Source: Rhodothermales bacterium (GTDB lineage Bacteria; Bacteroidota; Rhodothermia; Rhodothermales; JANQRZ01). From it: 64,000 nucleotides of DNA. The notes beneath the pieces were generated by a model, which ran no database searches, was not told where the DNA came from, and saw nothing but the letters and a program-made list of their open reading frames with translations. The position numbers and the translations under genes are program-made. The stretch covers positions 3,417,097-3,481,096 of the forward strand of contig CBDCCX010000006.1 in the NCBI GenBank assembly GCA_965215165.1, in the 5' to 3' direction. Shown here piece after piece: positions 44,198 through 52,830 of the stretch. The stretch's first letter is position 1. Each line of letters starts with the position of its first letter.

Positions 44198-44389
44198 CCG
44201 CGCGGTCGCGGTGCGCTGGGGCGGGCGGCAGACCGTGCCCCAGGGCGGAACGGGTCTGGTTTATGCCCACAGACCCGGCACCTACCGCCCTGGCGCGCCC
44301 TGCGCCGAGGCGCTCTCCCTCCACCGCCCGAAGGCCTCGGCCGGGAAGAACCTCCCACGCCGCCCCGGAAAAACTTGCCGCCGCCCCCT

Positions 44390-45124
44390 ATGCAGCTCTC
44401 CGACCCAACGCCCTCCGACTTCCCCTCGCTCGACGATCCCTCGCTGGCCGACCTCGCCCAGGTGCTCGCCCACCGCCTGCGGAGCCCGCTCACCAGCATC
44501 CAGTGCTACACGGACCTGCTTGCCGACCGCCTCGGCACGGCCGAGGAGCGCGACATGGCGCTCCGCATCTTCGAGGGCGTCGCCGCCATCGAGGACGTGC
44601 TGGCCGACCTCCAGCGGTTCAGCGTCGCCCTCACGCCGGTGCTCCGCCCGCTCGACGCCTGCCGCCTGACGAAAGACGTGATCGACGGCCTGGGCGAGGG
44701 GGCCCGCGTCACGCTCGACGCGCCGCCGAGCGCCCCCGTCGAGGCCGACCCGCAGCTCCTCCGCCAGGCCCTGCTCATCCTGCTCCGCAACGCCCTCGAC
44801 GCCGTACCCGTCTCGACCGTCCGCCTCGCCATCGAGCTCGACGCCGACGGTTGCTCGCCGAGTGCCTCGACGGTGCAGTTCGAGGTGTGGAACGCGGGCG
44901 CGCTCCCCGACGCCGAGCGCGCCTTCGCGCCGTTCTTCACGACCAAGTCCCAGAACCTCGGCCTCGGCCTGTCGATGGCCCGCCGCATCGCCGTCGCCCA
45001 CGGCGGGAGCCTGTGCGTGGCCGCGAGCGACCCCGAGGCCCCGGACGCCGGCGTCACGTTTACGCTTCTACTGCCGGCCGGTGGGAATGACGATGAGACA
45101 AAGCACAAAGGCGATGGAAAATAA
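44390..45124 (+). CDS. Cytoplasmic histidine kinase without sensor domain (FleS/FlgS-like)
   Basis: H-box LAHRLRSPL, N-box LLRNALDA, FFTTK, LGLGL. Confidence 0.85.
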   Translation: MQLSDPTPSDFPSLDDPSLADLAQVLAHRLRSPLTSIQCYTDLLADRLGTAEERDMALRIFEGVAAIEDVLADLQRFSVALTPVLRPLDACRLTKDVIDGLGEGARVTLDAPPSAPVEADPQLLRQALLILLRNALDAVPVSTVRLAIELDADGCSPSASTVQFEVWNAGALPDAERAFAPFFTTKSQNLGLGLSMARRIAVAHGGSLCVAASDPEAPDAGVTFTLLLPAGGNDDETKHKGDGK

Positions 45125-45266
45125 AGCCTGTTAATTTGGAGCTTAGCGCCCGACCGTCGTTCGGGTATGTGATTTGTTGAAGCGTCCGGTTTGGAGGCCG
45201 GCCCGCGCCGCGTGTGCGGTGCCCGGCCCTCCCGTCCCGCGACCGCCATCTCACTTCGCCCCCGCT

Positions 45267-46682
45267 ATGCCCGCCACGTCCGACCGCCCGCCGCACGTCC
45301 TCGTCGTCGACGACGAACACCTCCTCCACGGCGTCCTCGAGCGCCTGCTGACGCGCCACCAGATGCGGGTCACGAGCTGCCACAGCGCCGACCAAGCCCT
45401 CGAGGTGCTCGCCCAGGACGAGGTGGACCTGGTGATCACCGACTTCCAGATGCCCGGCATGAACGGTTTCGAGCTGCTGTCGCGCGTCCGTGAGGACTAC
45501 GCGCACATCGGGGTCATCCTGATCACCGGCCACGCCAACATCCAGCACGCCGTCCAGGCGATGGCGCGCGGTGCCGTAGACTACCTCCCGAAGCCGTTCT
45601 CGACCTCGGCGCTGCTGGAGCGCGTGCAGGGCTACTTCGCCCAGCCCACCGCCGAGCCGGCCCCGGCCCCGCGCCGCTCGTCGGGCAAGACCTCGGGCAA
45701 GGCCAAGCAGTCGTCGTTCGTCGGCGAGCACGCCAGCATCGAAGCGCTGCGCCGGCTGGTGCCGCGCGTGGCGCAGAGCCTCGCGCCGGTCTTCATCCAC
45801 GGCGAGAGCGGGACCGGCAAGGAGGTCGTCTCCCGGCTCGTCCACGAGGAGAGCGGCCGGGCCGGCGGCCCGTTCGTCGCCATCAACTGCGCCAACCTGC
45901 CGCGCGAGCTGGTCGAGAGCCACCTCTTCGGCCACCGCAAAGGGGCCTTCACCGGAGCCGTCGACGACGTGGTCGGGGCCTTCGAACAGGCCGAGGGCGG
46001 GACGCTGCTGCTCGACGAGGTGACGGAGGTCGAGCTGGCGGTCCAGGCGAAGCTGCTGCGCGTGTTGCAGGAGCAGGAGTACCGCCGCGTCGGCGACTCG
46101 AAGCCGCGCAGGGCGGACGTCCGCGTCGTCGCCACGAGCAACCGCGACCTGAAGGCGGCCGTGGCGCAGGGCGTCTTCCGCGAGGACCTCTACCACCGCC
46201 TCGCCGTCTTCCCGCTCACGCTCCCGCCGCTCCGCGCGCGCCGCTCCGACGTGCCCCTCTTGGCCGAGCGCTTCATCGCGAAGTTCGCCGACCTCTACGG
46301 CCTGCCGCCCAAGACGCTCGACCCGGCCCTCGCCGACCAGCTCCAGCGCTACGACTGGCCCGGCAACGTCCGCGAGCTGGAAAACATGGTCCACCGCGGG
46401 GTCGTGATGGCCGCCGACGCCGCGACGATCTCGCCGGACGACGTGATGAACCCGTTCTTCTCCGGCGCGCCGACCGTGCCCGTCGGCGTGTCTCTGACCG
46501 ACGGCGAGGGCGAGCGCCTGACCATCGAGGAGATGGAGCGGCACATGATTCTGGAGGCCCTCGCCGAGTCGGGCAACAACCAGCGCGAGGCGGCCGAGAA
46601 GCTCGGCATCTGCGCGCGCACGATCCGCAACAAGCTCAAGAAGTACCGCGAGGACGGCGAGCTGAGCGCCCCCCTCGCGTAA
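45267..46682 (+). CDS. sigma54-dependent response regulator (FleR/FlrC-like)
   Basis: Receiver VVDD..DFQMP..KPF, GESGTGKE, GAFTGA, WPGNVREL, Fis HTH. Confidence 0.95.
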   Translation: MPATSDRPPHVLVVDDEHLLHGVLERLLTRHQMRVTSCHSADQALEVLAQDEVDLVITDFQMPGMNGFELLSRVREDYAHIGVILITGHANIQHAVQAMARGAVDYLPKPFSTSALLERVQGYFAQPTAEPAPAPRRSSGKTSGKAKQSSFVGEHASIEALRRLVPRVAQSLAPVFIHGESGTGKEVVSRLVHEESGRAGGPFVAINCANLPRELVESHLFGHRKGAFTGAVDDVVGAFEQAEGGTLLLDEVTEVELAVQAKLLRVLQEQEYRRVGDSKPRRADVRVVATSNRDLKAAVAQGVFREDLYHRLAVFPLTLPPLRARRSDVPLLAERFIAKFADLYGLPPKTLDPALADQLQRYDWPGNVRELENMVHRGVVMAADAATISPDDVMNPFFSGAPTVPVGVSLTDGEGERLTIEEMERHMILEALAESGNNQREAAEKLGICARTIRNKLKKYREDGELSAPLA

Positions 46683-46707
46683 CCGGCGGCTTGGGTAGCC
46701 GGCCTCG

Positions 46708-47085
46708 TTAGGACGCGTCGCGCAGCGGCATCCCGACCAGGTCGTCGTAGAGCCGCTCGGCGACCTCCTGGAGCGTGTCCGGCCGCGAGTAGAAGCCTTC
46801 CTCGAGCCGCGCCATGATCTGCGCCTTGCGCTCGGGGTCGAGGCTCGGCCAGTCGCGGAGGGTCTGGCTCGCCTTCTCGACGGTGGGGTCCTTCGGCTCG
46901 GCCGGCACCTCGGTCTCGGCGCTGCGGGCGCGGGCCGCCTCGGACAGCTCGACGCGGTCGGTCTCGACTACGCGACTCGGTTCGGGACGAGCCTCGTCGG
47001 CGCTCGGCCGCGCCGGGGCGTCGGGCGGAGCCGGCGCGTTCGCGTCGAGGCGGGAGAGGTCGGGGCGGTTGGGTTGAATGGTCAT
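46708..47085 (-). CDS. flgM: Anti-sigma28 factor FlgM
   Basis: DRVELSEAAR, ERKAQIMARLEEGFY..VAERL; own sigma28 promoter. Confidence 0.8.
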   Translation of the reverse strand: MTIQPNRPDLSRLDANAPAPPDAPARPSADEARPEPSRVVETDRVELSEAARARSAETEVPAEPKDPTVEKASQTLRDWPSLDPERKAQIMARLEEGFYSRPDTLQEVAERLYDDLVGMPLRDAS

Positions 47086-47131
47086 GGCATAAACCCTTGC
47101 TGTGTGCGAGAGGATTAGGGTCTTGCTTCGG

Positions 47132-47159
47132 TTATCGGACGCCGTGCTACGGCGCTAAG
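47132..47159 (-). promoter_or_regulatory. sigma28 promoter of flgM
   Basis: CTTAG-N15-TCCGATAA. Confidence 0.75.
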
Positions 47160-47191
47160 CCCCGGCGGAGAAAAAAAGATACGCGCCCGCC

Positions 47192-47235
47192 CGGTCAGCC
47201 GTGGGCTCGGTCAGCCGTGGGCTCGGTCAGCCGTG
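47192..47235. repeat. 16-bp tandem repeat (2.75 copies) over the fliT-like stop codon
   Basis: CGGTCAGCCGTGGGCT x2 plus partial. Confidence 0.85.
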
Positions 47236-47547
47236 AAGGGTGCGGAGGATCGGCGCGCGGGCTGGGGCCGGGCCGTAGGAGGCGTGGGCCTGGCGCTGCA
47301 CGGCGACGCCGCCGAGCACAGCCCGCAGCGCCTCCTCGTGCCGGGCGAGCACGGCGTCGAGGGCGTGCTGCTGCGCGCGGAGCGCCGCCGCCTCGGCGGC
47401 CGGGTACGACGCCGGGTCGGTCTCGAGGAGGCGCTCGACCAAGCTGCCGCGCTCGGCGGCGAGGGCGGCCACGCGCTCGACGTCTTCGGCCTCGGCGGCG
47501 GCGTGCAGCGCGTCACCGCACGCGAGGAGGGTTTGGGAGAGGGTCAT
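47227..47547 (-). CDS. FliT-like flagellar chaperone
   Basis: Small helical protein directly after fliD; LAAERGSLVERL. Confidence 0.6.
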   Translation of the reverse strand: MTLSQTLLACGDALHAAAEAEDVERVAALAAERGSLVERLLETDPASYPAAEAAALRAQQHALDAVLARHEEALRAVLGGVAVQRQAHASYGPAPARAPILRTLHG

Positions 47548-47551
47548 CGCG

Positions 47552-49387
47552 CTAGCCGAAGAAAGAGAAGATGGACTGCTGCTGGCCCTGAACGAGGGCG
47601 ATGGTCTCCTGGAGCGAGGCATACTGCGCGCGGAGCGTGCCGGCGCGCTGGTCGAGGCGCTCGTCCCAGCGCTCGATCTGGCCGTCGAGGCGGCGGAGCC
47701 GCTCGTCGATGGAGTCGGTGCGGGCCTTGAGGATGCCGTCGGTGCCGAGGAACGTGTCGAGCCGGGACTGGAGCCGCGTGCCGAGGCCCTCGTCGCCGGA
47801 GAAGAAGCCCTGCACGGCGTCGGGGTTGGCGGCGGCGGCGGCCGTGAGCGCGTCCTGGTCGGCGAGCTTGAGCGTGCCGTCGTTGTTGATCTCGATGCCC
47901 AGGTCGGCGAGGGCTTCGGGCGCGCCGATGAGCGCGCTCTCGACGGACTGCGCGGCGTCGTTCCGCATCCCGAACCGGAGGCTGCGGATGGACGAGTCGC
48001 CGGCGAAGTCGCCGCGCGTCCCGGCCTCGGCGTCGATCGCGGACTTGCGCTCGATGAAGCCGAGGACCGCGTTGTAGTCCTTGATGAACTTCTTGACCGA
48101 GCCAGTGACGGACTCGCCGTCGGAGCCGATGCTGAAGGCCGTCGCCTCGCCGGTGGTGTCGAGCGAGAAGGTCACGCCGTCGAGCGCGTCGTCGACCTCG
48201 TTCGTGGGGCGGTAGAGCGTCAGGCCGTCGAGTTGGAAGCGGGCGTTGAGCGCGCTGTCGGTCTCGCTCGTGCCGATGGCGACGACCTGCCCGCCGGTGC
48301 CCTCGGTCTGGGTCTCGGTCGTGGCGTCGGTGCCGGTGACGGGCTGGTCCTGGACCTCGAAGCCGAACGCGTCGACGAGGCTGCCGCCGGTCACCTGGAG
48401 CGAGGCCGCCTGGCCCGTGGCGGCCGTCGTGATCTGGAGCGCGCCGTCGACGACCTCGACCGTCACGTCGCCGCCGATCTCGTCGCCGAGGGCCGTCGCG
48501 AGGTCGTCGGCGGTGTAGCTGCCCTGGCCGAGGTCGAGGGTGTAGGCCGTGCCGTTGACCTCGATGTCGAGGTCGCCGCCGAAGAGGCCAACCGAGACCG
48601 GCTCGTCGATCCGGTCGCCGGTGAACGAGGCGGCGGTCGCGGGCGTGGTGGTCGTGACCGGTTCGCCGACCAAGCCGTCGCTGTTGACCTGGAGGAAGCT
48701 GAGCAGGCCGCCCTCGGAGTCGGTGAAGTCGAGCCGGTTCTGGAAGCCGGTCGTGCCGCTGCGGAGCGAGAGGCGCGCGGTCTCGGAGGTCTCGTTGACG
48801 ACCGAGGCGTTGGCGACCTCGCCGCGCTGGATGGTGCCGTCGTCCACGGCCGCGTCCATCGCCTCGTCGATGGCGGTCTCGATCTCGTCGAGGATCTCTT
48901 CGTCCGTGCCGTTCGGCGGATCGACGGTGACCTCGATGCCGACGCGGCGCTCGGGCTCGTCCTCGGTCGGGCTGGCGACCTCGATGGTGAAGGTCTGCGC
49001 GCCGTTGGCGTCGAAGAAGTCGTCGAGGCTGGTGCCCTCGCGCGTGAACTGCTGCGAGAGGCGGGCGTCGGCCGAGGCGAGGCGCTCGACCTCGAGCGTG
49101 TGCGAGCCGGGGGCGGCGAGGTCGGTCACGGCGACGCCAAAGCCCGCGCCCTCGGGGACCGTCGCGGCGCGCGCGGCGAACGGGTTGGCGAAGGCGTCGG
49201 TGAGCGCGTCGAGCGAGCTGTTGAGGGCCGAGAGCGCGCTGTCGAAGTCGTTCAGGACGGCCTTGAAGACGGTCTGGTCGCTGCGCCGCTGCCGGAGGGT
49301 GTTCTGCGGCTGGCGCTCGATCGAGATGATCTGCGCGATCAGCAGCTCGTAGGGGTCGTTGGCGTTGAAAGCGGCGACGGAGTTCAT
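47552..49387 (-). CDS. fliD: Flagellar filament cap protein FliD
   Basis: IISIERQP, VERLA, NEVDDALDGVTF, FIKDYN, LADLGI, LRAQYASL. Confidence 0.93.
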   Translation of the reverse strand: MNSVAAFNANDPYELLIAQIISIERQPQNTLRQRRSDQTVFKAVLNDFDSALSALNSSLDALTDAFANPFAARAATVPEGAGFGVAVTDLAAPGSHTLEVERLASADARLSQQFTREGTSLDDFFDANGAQTFTIEVASPTEDEPERRVGIEVTVDPPNGTDEEILDEIETAIDEAMDAAVDDGTIQRGEVANASVVNETSETARLSLRSGTTGFQNRLDFTDSEGGLLSFLQVNSDGLVGEPVTTTTPATAASFTGDRIDEPVSVGLFGGDLDIEVNGTAYTLDLGQGSYTADDLATALGDEIGGDVTVEVVDGALQITTAATGQAASLQVTGGSLVDAFGFEVQDQPVTGTDATTETQTEGTGGQVVAIGTSETDSALNARFQLDGLTLYRPTNEVDDALDGVTFSLDTTGEATAFSIGSDGESVTGSVKKFIKDYNAVLGFIERKSAIDAEAGTRGDFAGDSSIRSLRFGMRNDAAQSVESALIGAPEALADLGIEINNDGTLKLADQDALTAAAAANPDAVQGFFSGDEGLGTRLQSRLDTFLGTDGILKARTDSIDERLRRLDGQIERWDERLDQRAGTLRAQYASLQETIALVQGQQQSIFSFFG

Positions 49388-49409
49388 AGCGGGGCGGGCT
49401 AGGGGAGGG

Positions 49410-49727
49410 TCAGGCGGCGGGGCGGAGGACGCTCTCCTGCCACGCCTCGCGAAGGCCGCCGAGCAGGTCGCTCACCGAGGCGAGGTCGCCGAGGGCGCTC
49501 TCGTTGAGGCAGTAGGTGTAGAGGGCCTGGAGGCGGCCGGCGAGGTCGCCGCCCTGCTCATGGTCGAGCGACGCCATCAGCTCGACGAGGACGGCGCGGA
49601 GCTTGGCCCGGTCGGCGCGGTGGCAGGCGGCGATGCCGAGGTCGTAGAGCTTGACGACCAGGCGCTCGGGCGACGCCTCGGTGACGGCCTGGCGCTGGTA
49701 CTGGTGCATTCGCTGGGCGGGGTGCAT
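49410..49727 (-). CDS. fliS: Flagellin chaperone FliS
   Basis: ASPERLVVKLYD, ELMASLD, LREAW. Confidence 0.93.
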   Translation of the reverse strand: MHPAQRMHQYQRQAVTEASPERLVVKLYDLGIAACHRADRAKLRAVLVELMASLDHEQGGDLAGRLQALYTYCLNESALGDLASVSDLLGGLREAWQESVLRPAA

Positions 49728-49766
49728 GGCGCGGGGGCAAGGTGGAGAAGAGGAGCGGTACCTGAC

Positions 49767-49794
49767 TTATCGGCTCGGCGCGCGCCGCGCTAAG
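49767..49794 (-). promoter_or_regulatory. sigma28 promoter of fliS-fliD-fliT
   Basis: CTTAG-N15-GCCGATAA. Confidence 0.8.
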
Positions 49795-49998
49795 GGCCTA
49801 GCCGGAAAGTCGGCTTGATCAGCGGCGTCTGGGCGAACGGGTGCTGCGCAAGGCGCACGAGGGACGCGTCCCGTAGGAGGCAAATGCCGCTGCATCGGGC
49901 GACGGGGGCAACGCCGCGCCGCGCCCGAGCAGCCCGACGGGGCCGAGAGGGCTTTTCGAATAGATCCTAAGCCGGCCCGCCGGCTTTCTCCCGCGCAG

Positions 49999-50030
49999 GC
50001 GCGGCCGCCCCCCGAGGGAGACGGCCGCGC
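49999..50030 (-). terminator. GC-rich hairpin after fliC
   Basis: GCGCGGCCG...CGGCCGCGC stem; no strong U tail. Confidence 0.5.
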
Positions 50031-50065
50031 GGCGTGCTGCCCGGAGAACCGGGTGGGGTGAGGCC

Positions 50066-51469
50066 TTAGCCGATCAGCGACAGGACCGACTGCGGGGCCG
50101 AGTTCGCCTGGGCCAGCGAGGCGATGCCCGTCTGCTGGAGGATCTGGAGCTTGACGATCTCCATCTGCTCCTTGGCGAAGTCCGCATCCTCGATCCGGCT
50201 CCGGGCGGCTTCGTTGTTGGTCATCGCCGTCTGGAGGTTGTCGCCCTTGAACGAGAGCCGGCTCTGGCTGTCGCCGATGGAGCCGAGCTCGTCCGAGAGC
50301 GACTGGATCGCCGCGTCGATGGTCGCGATGGAGTCGCGCGCCGCGTCGTTCGTGGTGACGTTGATGCCGCCCGTGTCGGCCTCGATGGAGAACGTGTCGC
50401 CGGCGAGCGTTCCGTTGAAGTCGGCCTTGAAGCTGAGCGCGGCGTCGTTCGAGGAGTAGGTCTCGCTGGAGGCGTCGTAGGAGACCGCGCCGTCGCCGTC
50501 GGTGAGGCCGCCGGCGGTGAGGTCGAACTCGAGGCCGCCGGCCGTGGTCGCGTCGGCCGCGCCGGTGAGGTCGAACTGGAGGCCATCGAGCGAGAAGGTC
50601 ACGCCGGCGGTGTTGGCCGCCGAGAGGTCGGCGCTCTCGTCGAGCGTCTGCCACTCGCCGTCCGTGTCCTTGTACTCGACGAGCATGTCGGCGGCCTTGT
50701 CGGCGTCGCTGGCGCTGCCGGCGGCGTTGGTCGTGGCGCGGAACTCGACGTTCTGGCCGATGGCGAGCGAGTTGGTCCCGGTCGTGAACGTGCTCTCGTC
50801 AACGAGAGCGGCGTTGGTACCGGCGGCGTCGACGTCAAGGTCGACCGTCACGTCGTAGTCGGCCGCCGTGGTGCCGCTGTAGGCGGAGACGGTGACGTCG
50901 CCGGCAGTGAGGCCCGTCGTGTCGACGGTCGAGCCGTTGCCGATGAGGGCCTCCTTGCTCGTGCGGCCGATGTTGACGTCGAAGCTGTCCGACTTGTCGG
51001 CTCCGACGTGGAACGAGAGGTCGGTGCCGTCGGCGTCGTTGGTGAAGAGGTCCTTGCCGTTGAACTCGGCGGTGCCGAGGATGTCGGTGACCTCGGAGGA
51101 GAGCGCGTCGATCTGGTTCTGGATGGACTTGCGCTCGTTGTCGCCGAGGCTGTCGTTGGCGGCCTGGACGGACTTCTCCTTCATCGTCTGGAGGATGTCC
51201 ATCACATTGCCGAGCGCGCCTTCGGCGACGGTCAGCATGCTCTTGGCGTCGCCGACGTTCGACATCGCCTGGGCCTGGCCGCGGACGCGGCTCTCGAGCT
51301 TCTTGGCGATCGAGTAGCCGGCCGAGTCGTCCTCGGCGCGGTTGAGGCGGCTGCCCGTGGCGAGGCGCATCTGGCGCATGCCGAGCATGTCGTTGGTCTT
51401 GTTGAACGAGCCGAGCGACTTGAGCGCCTGGGTGTTCGAGTTGATGCGACTAAGGTCTCCGATAGCCAT
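50066..51469 (-). CDS. fliC: Flagellin
   Basis: RLATGSRLNRAEDDSAG, SRIEDADFAKE, LAQANSAPQSVLSL. Confidence 0.97.
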   Translation of the reverse strand: MAIGDLSRINSNTQALKSLGSFNKTNDMLGMRQMRLATGSRLNRAEDDSAGYSIAKKLESRVRGQAQAMSNVGDAKSMLTVAEGALGNVMDILQTMKEKSVQAANDSLGDNERKSIQNQIDALSSEVTDILGTAEFNGKDLFTNDADGTDLSFHVGADKSDSFDVNIGRTSKEALIGNGSTVDTTGLTAGDVTVSAYSGTTAADYDVTVDLDVDAAGTNAALVDESTFTTGTNSLAIGQNVEFRATTNAAGSASDADKAADMLVEYKDTDGEWQTLDESADLSAANTAGVTFSLDGLQFDLTGAADATTAGGLEFDLTAGGLTDGDGAVSYDASSETYSSNDAALSFKADFNGTLAGDTFSIEADTGGINVTTNDAARDSIATIDAAIQSLSDELGSIGDSQSRLSFKGDNLQTAMTNNEAARSRIEDADFAKEQMEIVKLQILQQTGIASLAQANSAPQSVLSLIG

Positions 51470-51531
51470 GATGAGGTAGGGATAGGTGGAGTGATTGAGG
51501 ATCGAGGAGGGAGCGTTCCGTCCTGGTCCTG

Positions 51532-51559
51532 TTATCGAGCACACCCAGCCGGCACTAAG
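51532..51559 (-). promoter_or_regulatory. sigma28 promoter of fliC
   Basis: CTTAG-N15-CTCGATAA. Confidence 0.75.
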
Positions 51560-51696
51560 GCTCGCGCCGGAAAAAAGAGGGCGTGGGATGGTGGGAGAGT
51601 GATTTCGGTCGCGGGGGGATGGGAAGAGGGGAGGGGACTCGGCCTAGACGGCAAGCGCAAGAGCGAGGGGTGGCTCTCTCTCGTCTCTCCTCTACA

Positions 51697-51726
51697 TAAG
51701 AAAAGCGGCACCGCGCACGGTGCCGC
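51697..51726 (-). terminator. Intrinsic terminator after HDOD gene
   Basis: GCGGCACCG-TGCG-CGGTGCCGC-TTTTCTTA on minus strand. Confidence 0.8.
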
Positions 51727-51750
51727 CCTGGGAGGCGCAGGCGGAGAGGC

Positions 51751-52692
51751 TCACCGCGCTGCGTCCGGCGCGCTGCCTTCGGGATCGGAGAACGCGGCGA
51801 CGTAGCGGTCGAGGTCGGTCTGCCGCTCATGCAGCCGCTCGGCGAGGGTCTCGGGCGTGAAGGCGGGTGCGTGCTCGGCGAAGAGCGCCCAGGCCGGCTC
51901 GGCGAGGCAGTCCTCCCAGCTCCGCTGCTGGCTGAAGGCGTAGCCCATCGCCTGCGCCGCGAGGTTCGCCACGGCGACGGTGCGGACGAGCCGCCCGGTC
52001 TCGGCGTCGCGCGTGGCGCGGGCCGGGTCGTGGTGGTGGCGGATCACGTCGGCGAGCATGGCCGGGAAGCGGAGCCGGAGCGCGGCGAACTCGCCGGCCT
52101 CGGTGTGGTCCGCCCCGAAGAGCAGGCTCTCGGTCTCGCGCTCGGTCTCGGCGCGGGCCGCGAGCGAGCCGTCGTCGTAGAGCGCGACGGCCTCGGCGGG
52201 GAAGTTGTAGACCAGGATGATCTTGCCGAAGTCGTGGAGCAGCCCGGCCGTGAAACCGGCGTTGGCGCGCTTCGAGGGCTGCGCCCCGCCCTCCGGCTTG
52301 CCGTCGGCCAGCCCCGCCGTGAGAAAGGCCGTCGCCACGCTGTGGCGGATCAGGCGCGAGAAGCAGTCGCCCGCCGGCCCGTCGAGCACCGAGCGCAGCC
52401 GGAGCATGCTCATCCCCACGATCACCCCGACGACCGCCACCGGCCCGAGCATCACGACCGCCCGCTCGGGGCTGCTCACCGAGCGCTGCAGCCCGTAGTA
52501 CGCCGAGTTGACGGTCTGGAGGAGCCGCGCCACCACGAGCGGGTCGCGCTCCAGGACCGCCGTCACCGTCCGGGTGTCGATCCGGTCCGGGTGGTCCATC
52601 AGGTCGAGCGCCTCGACGAGCGTGTGGGGCAGCGGCGGGCACCGCAGCTCGAGGCCGCCGAGCGAGCGGGCCGTGGACGAGGCGAGGTTCAT
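51751..52692 (-). CDS. HDOD domain protein
   Basis: PPLP, DPLVVARLLQTVNSAYYG, AGLLHDFGK, IRHHH. Confidence 0.92.
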   Translation of the reverse strand: MNLASSTARSLGGLELRCPPLPHTLVEALDLMDHPDRIDTRTVTAVLERDPLVVARLLQTVNSAYYGLQRSVSSPERAVVMLGPVAVVGVIVGMSMLRLRSVLDGPAGDCFSRLIRHSVATAFLTAGLADGKPEGGAQPSKRANAGFTAGLLHDFGKIILVYNFPAEAVALYDDGSLAARAETERETESLLFGADHTEAGEFAALRLRFPAMLADVIRHHHDPARATRDAETGRLVRTVAVANLAAQAMGYAFSQQRSWEDCLAEPAWALFAEHAPAFTPETLAERLHERQTDLDRYVAAFSDPEGSAPDAAR

Positions 52693-52707
52693 AGGGGGGA
52701 TGTTTAA

Positions 52708-52815
52708 GGGCGTGGGGGGCGGGGCGGGAAAGGAGAGATTTCAGTCTAAATCGTTGGCGCAAGGATGAAGGCTAGAGCTCCCCCACCCTCCCTGCCCTCC
52801 TGTCCCTCCGCGCCT
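52708..52815. repeat. Intergenic inverted-repeat element (copy 2)
   Basis: GGGCGTGGGGGG...CCCTCCCTGCCCTCCT..CCCTCCGCGCC; shares CCCTCCCTGCCCTCCT with copy 1. Confidence 0.7.
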
Positions 52816-52830
52816 ATAAAAAGCTCCTCT

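Noticed and set aside
47192-47235. Possible mini-CRISPR from short direct repeats (also 13622, 33487)
   Set aside because: Repeats are contiguous with no spacers, are shorter than CRISPR repeats, and no cas genes are present
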